Shown: positions 11,616 to 20,000 of the stretch, in pieces
Layout of the letters: the number at the start of each line of letters is the position of its first letter
Numbering within the stretch: the stretch's first letter is position 1
From: Tricharina praecox
Taxonomy: Eukaryota
DNA length: 20,000 bases
NCBI RefSeq assembly: GCF_024521635.1
Contig: NW_026250404.1
Location: forward strand, 2,477,051-2,497,050
Direction of reading: 5' to 3'
The notes under the pieces: generated by a model
What the model was told of the DNA's origin: nothing
Seen by the model: only the letters and a program-made list of their open reading frames with translations
The model's database searches: none
Program-made: the position numbers and the translations under genes

Positions 11616-14073
11616 CTACATGCCCTGTGGCGGGATCGGAAACGATGGCCACTGCTGTTGCCCGACCAAACCTGCCGCCTGCAACCCGCGCTTCGACTCC
11701 AGCTTAGCTTCAACATGTCCTAACAATCTTCCCAACTGTGTGTCGACCCGCTGTGCTGCCAGGTCAACACTGCCAACGACATTTAACCACTCCAATGGCC
11801 GACGTGCCTCTTCGACTAGCTGTTGGCAAAAGTCGAGATCGTTGTTCCGCACGATCTCATGCAAGAGTACAGCTTCAGCGCACACTAGATAATGCAAGAG
11901 ACACCACCAGGGTAGTACACCGGCCGTCTTGTTGTCGGTGTGGTGGAGGATAAGAGACAGCATCGCGCGAGCGGCAGCTACACATTCGGCAGCGTCTCGT
12001 TTGGAATACCGCCGAGACATACTGTTGAAGTAAACAAGAATCATCGAATTGTAGTAGCGGAGTGCAAGGTCCGCTCTCTGGACAGCCTGTTAGAGAGCTA
12101 CTGAAAGGGCGAATAGATGAAGAGCACCAACCTGTGTAATTAGGCCCTGATCCTCACAGGGTGTTGAGAAGTTCAGGATCGGTGGCAATTCCCACTTCCA
12201 ATGGTCGAGTCTCCGGCGCAGAACACGGATAGCCTCCTTCAATGCCCTCTTTCCTTTATTCTCCACAGTCCCGAAGGCCGTTGTCGAGTATATTTGACTC
12301 TGCACGACCGTTATTATCACGGATAGTTTTATCAGAGCGCTGTAGTAGGCGTCCGGAGAGCTATCCGCGATCGATGCGGAGCGGGGAATCTGGCTCAGAT
12401 CCACCTCTTGTAGAACCGTCGGACGTCCGGTCACGAGAGACAAGGTTGCCTCGAGGTATTCCACCGAATACCACACGCGCACTCGCATCTGCCGCTGATG
12501 CTCGTCGAGTTTCGAATCCAACATGCGGAGGTGTAGGCCTAACCCAAGTGCTAGCCTGATGGCAAGTCCTACGGCATTCCACGCGCTGGTGCGTACTCTT
12601 CTCAGTGACCGCCGTATACGTAATCGAACTACCAGAATGGGATTACACCAACCGATTCGTTTGCTTGCTACCAAGGAGATATATCCCGGCGAGGCCCAAC
12701 GCCTGTACGTCCTTTAGCACGGCAATTTCGAATAACGTGCCGCCGTCCAATGCCCCAAGGACCCGAGCTCTGTTGAAGCATTCGAGATGGGAACAGCCCA
12801 TGTCTATTCCAACACTCTCGCCCGAGCGCGAGCCAGAGGCGAAAACGAGGTTGATGATCATCAACCAGTGGTTGGCGATCCTGGTGGGACCGCTAGCATG
12901 GAGTGCTTCGTACGCTGCCTCGAATTCCGGTTTCGAGATGATGGGAACTAATGGGTGGACAGTGTCAAAGTACCGCCTAACGAGCTCGTCGGCGATGTTT
13001 TTGGGAGGGATATGATAGGTGTCGATCTGATATTTATCCCCGCTTAGAGATAGATCGATATCGTCGAGGTGATAGGTAGCTCCTGGCCGGAATCCATCCG
13101 TAAGTACTTCCCTCGGATACGCACTGGATACAGACCTCCAGAGAACGAACCAACCATGTCCAGCCCGGCATCGGTCAAACTACCGGGATCACCTTTCCTC
13201 GCGCAAATCTCACGAAGCGCCTCATCCTCCGCAGCCTCGTCCAGCTCGAGTGCTTGTCGTAGCGACCTTAGCCACGAGACCTCCGATCCGCGACCCATGT
13301 ACCCAGTCGGCTTGTTGACGGAGAGCGTGTTGATATCGTCGGCAAGAGTGTCATTGGAGCCAATGGAGCCCTCATCGTCCGACATGGAGAGATCGCTGCC
13401 GTCGTCGCTTGGGAAATCCGTGGGTTCCGATGGCGGCACAAGTGTAAACGGCCCCTTCCTACACGTATCAGCTACAACACCACACCAGCACATCACAAGG
13501 GCTTCACGGATGATTACCGCTGCGAGCGCATTCTGCACTGCGAGTTTTTCCGGTCCGTCGAGAGTGCTTTCGAGCTCCCGCAGAAGGTTCTCGTAAATCT
13601 GAACCTGCGCTTCCAATTCCCGCGTCCTTCTGTTGCCAATATGTTAAAGAGTGCTTCGATTTGTGATGAGGATCGACCTGCTGCAGACTTTCTCGCCGAT
13701 TCCCGCTTTCCATCGGCATATCGGCAGATTATGAGAAACCTAGTGCAATTCCCGCAAGTCGGCCTGGGGATCGCGAGGAGCAAGGTCAGTTGAACAGGCA
13801 TCGCAGTGGTTTCAGCCAGCGTCGTATGGGAGAGAAAGGAACCTTTCGCCGTCGCACTATGGGAGAGTTAGAATTGTCAGCAAGCTCGATCGCCGCCATG
13901 AGGCTTGAGCAACATGCCCTCGTCTTCCGTCGCCGACACGATTCGCAAGCGTGATTTATTCTCGAACGATCCTTTGGCATGTTTCTGGCGGAGGGTGGAA
14001 GACGTTCGATCTGTCGGGGGGGAGTGGAAGTTGACATTTGCTGCAGATAACGATCAGGATAAAGTGGGTACAT
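11616..14073 (-). CDS. Zn(II)2Cys6 fungal transcription factor with a fungal-specific TF (middle homology) domain, about 668 aa. Exons 14073-13918, 13856-13843, 13763-13689, 13629-13518, 13454-13151, 13082-12653, 12585-12132, 12077-11616; start codon uncertain
   Basis: The spliced product gives CESCRRRKTRCDGERPTCGNCTRFLIIC, then GYMGRGSEVSWL, YFDTVHPLVPII, QTNRAWNAVGLAIRLALGLGLHL, RVRVWYS, SLVTGRP and LPWWCLLHYL. Exon phases sum to 2007 nt in frame. Confidence 0.88.
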
Positions 14074-14234
14074 CTAGAATACAGGCCGGCCTACCGTATT
14101 TGAACTCGCACGCGGGGGGCGAAATAGGGTACGACGTGGGGCAGGGATATGACGTCAACCGAGAAAATCATCGAACCGGGAACAGGTGTCGTAGGTGCTC
14201 TACGTACGTGTGGAATCAGAGTCCCGGGAACCAC

Positions 14235-14307
14235 CCCTCTCGCCACTTGAGGCCGATATGCTAAGCGAGTAACCCTCTCGCCACTTGATGCAGTTATTCT
14301 AAGCGAG
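14235..14307. repeat. 38-bp tandem duplication in the transcription factor's upstream region
   Basis: CCCTCTCGCCACTTGA...CTAAGCGAG starts at 14235 and at 14273. Confidence 0.85.
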
Positions 14308-15210
14308 CGTGTGGGGAATCGGCGGTGAAACGCGGCGGGTTTGCGGATCACAGAAAGCTTGATATGGCGGTGGAAGGAGGGCACATGGCAGTCGTAGCAC
14401 GTTACCGGACACTCATGTTTCGAGCGTGTCCGATAGAACTTGAAAAATACACATCGTTGCATACAGTGTTAGTACCCAACGAAATGCTCGCTCCTCCAGA
14501 CACAGGTTGGAACGAGTCGGTCGAATACGACTGCCAGCCATCAGTGGGAGATCTGCGGCACGAGACGTGCGGTATTTAGAGCATGCACCTACGAGGTCAA
14601 AGGTAATCTCGCGTCCTGTCCACCATAATTCAACCAGACCACGAACTTCTCAGAGGCGAAATGACTACGGGCCCGGTTGGTTTTCGAAGTGCTGCGAAAT
14701 CGAACTGATGACCTGTCGAAGGTATTTGGGCGCTCGGTCGATCGCAATCTACGGTCCACGAGAACTGAAAGACACTTGCATACGGCGACATGCAACGGAT
14801 AGTGTTGATGGGCGTCTTGAAGGGTTCAGCATCCGTCATCTCCTTGACGCCCGAGAGAAACAAGATGGCAATCAGACACCCACCCTCTTCTGTACTCCCT
14901 AGGACCGGAAGTATTGGTACTGTATATCCGGCGAAGTTGGAGCACTTCGAGTTGCGGAATGATGGCCTTCACGCGGGGCCGGTTCCACTAGCCTTTGATG
15001 TGCTCTGGTCGATGGCTACTCAATCTTGTACGGACGCGGCGGAGCCATCATTACCATTGAAATCGCTTCGGATTATTGGTCTTTTGTCTCTCTCATCGCA
15101 CCATGGAAACCACGGCTTCAGAGTGTACTAGACAGCAAACTGTATGACACAGTCCGCCGGGTGATGAGGCGAGCGAACAGCACGTCCAAGAACTAGCAGT
15201 TGGGAGGAAC

Positions 15211-15438
15211 AGCGATTTCAGTCACCCCCAGCCCAAGATCACCGTCAAAGAGCGGTCCCACAGAGAACTTTTTATGGCGTGAAACATTCCCGTGAGTGCG
15301 GAGACAGATGGTATTGGAATGCGGTAAACAAACGATGAGAAGTCGCTGAGCGGCGCCCCCCAGTACCACCAAAATAGCGATTTCAATCCCCCCCTAGCCT
15401 AGGAGCACCATCAAACAGTGGTCCCATAGAGAACTTTG
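15211..15438. repeat. Degenerate direct repeat, about 62-bp cores spaced about 166 bp apart
   Basis: AGCGATTTCA..CCCC.AGCC...GA.CACC.TCAAA.AG.GGTCCCA.AGAGAACTTT at about 15211 and about 15377. Confidence 0.75.
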
Positions 15439-16157
15439 TAAGACAAAAAAGATTCTACTATGCATGGGAATGAATGGGGTTGCGGTTACGTGTCAATCGG
15501 TTGCAAACTCGCGGAGCGGCAGCGGGTCCGACGCAATTTACCGGTCGGCCGTAGTCGATCTGGTGAATCTACAGCCTAGCAGGACGAAACACTGCTGTAT
15601 CGCAGTCAGTATTCTCCTGTTTCTCTCCACCTGACACTCGTTGGGACCCTCAAAGTATGCTCATTACACTCGGCGTACCAATCTCTGGGTCAGACGTAGT
15701 TTACTGGTCGGCCGAAGGTGATCTGATTGCTCTACACAAGCGTGACAGTTCAAGATGCGTGGTGTACAGCGTGATGTTTCATGATGTAGAATGTATTGTG
15801 TGATATTTCATGAAGGAGTATATCACACGATATATTAGTGAACGAGGAGACTTGCGATATGTGGAGCAACAACCGCCATGGTACATAGTTAGAATGCTGA
15901 ATAAAAGGACGGTAAATCAATCCGTCAGTTGAAATAAAACGTAAATGGGGATTACAAGTACATTTTAACTGTTAGCATATTCACGGCCTGATTAGATGCA
16001 GAGCGCAAACATGCAGCCCAGACCTTATTGGGATCTAATCAGCAAGGGTACCCCGAGCTGACATTTTACTGCGCTGCACTGATAGGTAATGCAGATTACC
16101 AACCAGTACCGCTATCGCCGTACCGCCAAGCGCCTGACGAGTACTATATGAGATTAG

Positions 16158-17207
16158 TGTAACGGCACGGTCGGGCAAGGCTCCAGGCAGCGAAGCCAGG
16201 CTAGGGATCGGGCTCTGGGTTTGGCAGGGGCAAGGCGGGTTCAGGGGACAAGGTGAGGCAGGGCTCAGTGCAGACGGCAACTGAGAACAGTGTCACGGCT
16301 CACAACGGAACGTTTGAGGAAGAATCGGAATAGGGGTCGGAAGGCTGTGCAGGCGGCAATGCAGGAATGAGTCGGAGGAATTGGGGCTGTGTGTTGGAGA
16401 CAGGGGTAGCGCGGCAGCGCAGGCTGTGAGTCACTGGAGCGGGGTATCGGCGAGGAGGATTTCTCAGGGTCTGGCACACGCCCACGGTCATTGTCAGGTT
16501 GCGGGAAGAGGTGGAGGATTTCCTATATAAACGGGCCAGCGCCCCTCTGTAATTAGTTCTTCATGCAACAACTTGTTAATTCAATCACTGTTACCTCTGT
16601 CCTTGCCTCGGCTGCCGTCTGCACCGTAGTCCTTGTCCCTGCCTCTGTTCTCAGTTGCCGTCTGCACTGAGCCCTGCCTCACCTTGTCCCCTGAACCCGT
16701 CTTGCCTCTACCGAACCCAGAACCCGATCCCCAGCCCGGCTTCGCTACCTGGAGCCTTGCCCGACCGTGCCGTTACAAACAGAGGCAGGGACAAGGACTG
16801 CGGCGCAGACGGCAGCCGAGGCAAGGACAGAGGTAACAGTGGTTGAATTAACAAGTTGTTGCGTGAAGAACTAAATACAGAGGGGCAACAGCCCGTTTAT
16901 ATAGGAAATCCTCCACTTCTTCCCGCAACCTGACAATGACCGTGGGCGTGTGCCAGACCCTGAGAAATCCACCTTGCCAGTACCCCACTTCCGTGACTCA
17001 TACCCTGCGCAGCCGCACTACCCCTGCTTCCTGCATACAGTCCCAATCTCCTGCGACTGATTACTGCGCTTTCCTGCTCCCTGCACACAGCCCCCAATCC
17101 TCTGCGGCTCATCCTTGCACTGCCGGTGCACTGCCTCTGCACTGCCCCCCAACTCTCCCGATCCTTGTGCCGACCCTCCCTTCGTCATTCCGTCGCGAAC
17201 CGTGACA
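16158..17207 (-). mobile_element. LTR family A, outer copy (about 558 bp after removing the nested copy), abutting the pol fragment
   Basis: The minus strand reads TGTCACGG (17207) to GCCGTTACA (16158). Closely similar to the copy at 17670-18228 and interrupted by 16291-16777. The flanks ATTAG and ATGAA do not match, so there is no TSD. Confidence 0.9.
16291..16777 (+). mobile_element. Solo LTR, family A short variant (487 bp), nested in inverted orientation inside the outer A LTR
   Basis: TGTCACGG...GCCGTTACA ends with a perfect 5-bp TSD AACAG at 16286-16290 and 16778-16782. Confidence 0.93.
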
Positions 17208-17607
17208 ATGAAGGAGGGATATAGGAAATGTTCGGTGCTTCTGAATGGTGTCCGGGATGTCCAATTCGTAGGCGAGGGTTCCGATTGTCCAAATCAGACG
17301 GTAGGGACCATGATGTTTGTTTTCCAGCTTGCGACTGGGTCTCTCGGTGCGCCAGTTCCGACCATCCACCCATACCATGTCGCCTGGTTGGAAGGCTGGC
17401 GCAGGGGTTTGGTGCCCGTCGGAGTCGCCCTGTTGCTGTGCCTGGGCATACCGCATTTGGCTGCGGGCGACGTCGTGGATTTGATGCAACCGTTCCGCTG
17501 CACTCTGAGCTTGATGTTCCTCCTTGGTGTCGACAGGGATATCCAGCTCAAAGTCACACCGTGGGTGGTATTCTAGGTTAGCGAAGAATGGGGACAGGGT
17601 AGCCGTG
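17208..17607 (-). pseudogene. Ty3/gypsy integrase, C-terminal fragment
   Basis: TATLSPFFANLEYHPR...FQPGDMVWV...SRKLENKHHGPYRL...AYELDIP...HRTFPISLLH (GPY/F region). Continues 18863-19870 in frame once the insertion is removed. Confidence 0.92.
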
Positions 17608-18862
17608 TGTGACACCCCGATAGGTATCGGAGGTCACGACGGTCGCAACAGATGTGATTAGATAGTCCGTGTCACGGCTCACGACGGAATGACGAAGGGA
17701 GGGTCGGCACAAGGATCGGGAGAATTGGGGGGCAGTGCAGAGGCAGTGCACCGGCAGTGCAAGGATGAGTCGCAGAGGATTTGGGGCTGTGTGCAGGGAG
17801 CAGGGATAGCGCAGTAATGAGTCGCAGGATATTGGGGCTGTGTGCAGGAAGCAGGGGTAGTGCGGCTGCGCAGGGTGTGAGTCACGGAAGTGGGGTACTG
17901 GCAAGGTGGATTTCTCAGGGTCTGGCACACGCCCACGGTCATTGTCAGGTTGCAGGAAGAAGTGGAGGATTTTCTTTATAAACGGGCCGTTGCCCCTCTG
18001 TATTTAGTTCTTCACGCAACAACTTGTTAATTCAACCACTGTTACCTCTGTCCTTGCCTCGGCTGCCGTCTGCGCCGTAGTCCTTGTCCCTGCCTCTGTT
18101 CTCAGTTGCCGTCTGCACTGAGCCCTGCCTCACCTTGTCTCCTGTACCCGTCTTGCCCCTACCGAACCCAGAACCCGATCCCCAGCCCGACTTCGCTACC
18201 TGGAGCCTTGCCCGACCGTGCCGTTACAGTTCGGGTGATTAGAATAGAGTTGCGAGCCGAAAGGATAGTTAGAAGCGATCGAGGACAAGACAGGAAGGAG
18301 GGAGCAAACGGATTCCAGAGTCTAGACAGTGATCGGAGATGCGGGAGATCGGGATAACAGTCCAGAGGACTTTGAGATCTCCGTTCATAGGGCCCCGCAG
18401 TAGGAACTCCGATCCAGGGAAAAACTGTTATGACGAGAGAATCGAACATCGACCGATGGTGGCAGACAACTTCGAGCGAAGAACTCTGCCGGCGCATGAG
18501 GGAGATAATTGCTCGGAAAACTCCGATCTATCTTGGGCGCGTGGTGTTTACCACCTGCCTAGTCGGGAAGACTATCCGAAGAGAGCTGACGACGACTCAA
18601 GGCTAGGCCGCGGAACTCCGATGCAAAGGAAGCAACGCAGCTACGTTAGGCCGCACTCCAGAGAAATCACGTGCTGAGGATCGGAACGGCTATAAGTCGA
18701 ACCGAGCGGGCAACCGAACCAAACTACAATCATCGCACCGAACAAACCATCGAAGAAACACGCTTGAGATTATTCCGTTGTGAATTATCGAAATCCCTGA
18801 CTTTTATTCTACACTCGATACTACCATAGACTCCGACGACGCAATCTCGTTCCAGTCTCACA
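17608..18862 (+). mobile_element. Solo LTR of a second family, B (about 691 bp net), inserted into the integrase gene
   Basis: TGTGA...TCACA ends with a perfect TSD CCGTG at 17603-17607 and 18863-18867. No visible similarity to LTR A. Orientation is inferred only from a TATAAG at about 18691. Confidence 0.85.
17670..18228 (+). mobile_element. Solo LTR, family A (559 bp), nested in LTR B
   Basis: TGTCACGG...GCCGTTACA ends; TSD GTCCG (17665-17669) versus GTTCG (18229-18233), one mismatch. Confidence 0.92.
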
Positions 18863-19870
18863 CCGTGTCGGAGACCTGGTTGTTGCCAGCGAATTCGGCC
18901 AAGAACAGGTAGTCGACCCAGTCATCCTGGAGGTAGCTGACGTACGCGCGGAGGAGCTGTTCCATGACGGCGTTCATCCGTTCGGTTTGGCCGTTGGTCT
19001 GGGGGTGGAAGGCAGTCGACAGGCGTGGCTCGATCTTGAGGCATGAGCATAGGTGTTTCCAGAATCTCGAGGCAAACTGGGGACCCCTATCCGAGACGAT
19101 GGTTTCTGGCAACCCGTGGTACCTGAAGAACCGGTCGCAGAACAGCTCGGCTAGTCCTTCCGAGGTGATGGTCGTGGTACATGGTAGGAGATGGCGTTGC
19201 TTGGTCAGTCGGTCAACAAAAACACAGATGGTGTCAAACCCCTTTGAGGCCGGTAAGCCAGTGACAAAGTCGACTGAGATGTGTTGCCATGGCTTCTCGG
19301 GTACTGGGAGGGGGCGCAGGACACCAGAGGGTGCGTGCCGGGTGGCCTTGGTTCGTCGGCAGGTGTGGCAGTTTCGGACAAACTGGTCAACGTCCTTTCG
19401 CATCTGTGGCCAGTAGTACCTCCAAGCAAGTAGATCCAGGGTTTTCACGCGCCCTGGGTGCCCCATGGTCGGTGGATTGTGGTGGTCCTGGATCAGTCGT
19501 AGTCGGAGTCGGTCGTACTCTGGAACATAGAGGCAGTCTCGGTAGATCAGTTGCCCGTTGACTTCGCGGCATTCGGCCAAGGAGATCTCCTTCAAGTGGC
19601 GTGTACCATTTCGGAGTAGCTCGAGGATTCGATTTGGGACGGGGTCTATGTCGTAGCCTTCTGTTATCAGTGACGTGAGGAGGGGACGGTCTTGTTCGGG
19701 TGTGTTGGTTGCTGCCAACCGGAGCTCTTCCGGTAGGTTGTCCGGTTTCAGGACTGCCTGCTGGTTGGCAAGCAGTCTTTCATCCCCTTCTTTAGGCAGG
19801 TCTCCTGACCTCCTGGTCAGTGCATCCGGTTTTCCTCCCGCTTTGCCTGGTCGGTAGACAATCTTGAAAT
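18863..19870 (-). pseudogene. Ty3/gypsy pol fragment: RNase H C-terminus plus integrase zinc finger and catalytic core, cut at its 5' end by the telomere
   Basis: FKIVYRPGKAGGKPDALTRR (end of RNase H), HHNPPTMGHPG...YYWP...CHTC (HHCC), and ISVDFV...SDRGPQF...GQTERMN (DDE). No stop codons. Confidence 0.95.
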
Positions 19871-20000
19871 GGGTTAGGGTTAGGGTTAGGGTTAGGGTTA
19901 GGGTTAGGGTTAGGGTTAGGGTTAGGGTTAGGGTTAGGGTTAGGGTTAGGGTTAGGGTTAGGGTTAGGGTTAGGGTTAGGGTTAGGGTTAGGGTTAGGGT
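19871..20000 (+). repeat. Telomeric repeat (TTAGGG)n, 21 or more units, running to the end of the window
   Basis: Perfect TTAGGG array with the G-rich strand running 5'->3' toward the end. Confidence 0.98.

Noticed and set aside
1..14073. Co-regulated cutin-utilisation cluster (cutinases, membrane protein and Zn2Cys6 factor)
   Set aside because: Proximity only. I cannot identify the factor as a CTF1/FarA ortholog, and the intervening genes have no established role in cutin use.
16035..18677. Repeated short ORFs (MPSALSPASPC..., MTVGVCQTLRNPP..., MPDPEKS...)
   Set aside because: They are translations of the three LTR A copies, not a gene family.
19871..20000. Telomere-targeting retroelement (MoTeR, HeT-A/TART or SART/TRAS type)
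   Set aside because: The adjacent element is an LTR-type Ty3/gypsy with a DDE integrase, cut mid-gene, and has no telomere repeats on its inner side.

Overview
Right-hand end of a filamentous-fungus (ascomycete-type) chromosome, ending in a (TTAGGG)n tract at about 19871-20000. It holds five spliced or single-exon genes: two tandem paralogous secreted cutinases (-; the first runs off the left edge), an EI24/Rrt8-Lds-like membrane protein (+), an EEP-superfamily (TDP2-like) phosphodiesterase (-) and an 8-exon Zn(II)2Cys6 transcription factor (-). The zinc cluster of that factor can only be assembled through a GC-AG intron and a 14-nt microexon. The last 3.8 kb is a nested stack of Ty3/gypsy pieces. 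A stop-free pol fragment (RNase H end plus integrase) is split by a solo LTR of a second family, which itself contains a solo LTR of the first family. Another first-family LTR contains a shorter copy of its own family in the opposite orientation. All three nested insertions keep readable 5-bp TSDs. The telomere is fused directly into the pol reading frame, which points to de novo telomere healing of a broken chromosome. I see no support for a wholly new gene system; the most unusual features are the architecture of the chromosome end and the splicing of the transcription factor.
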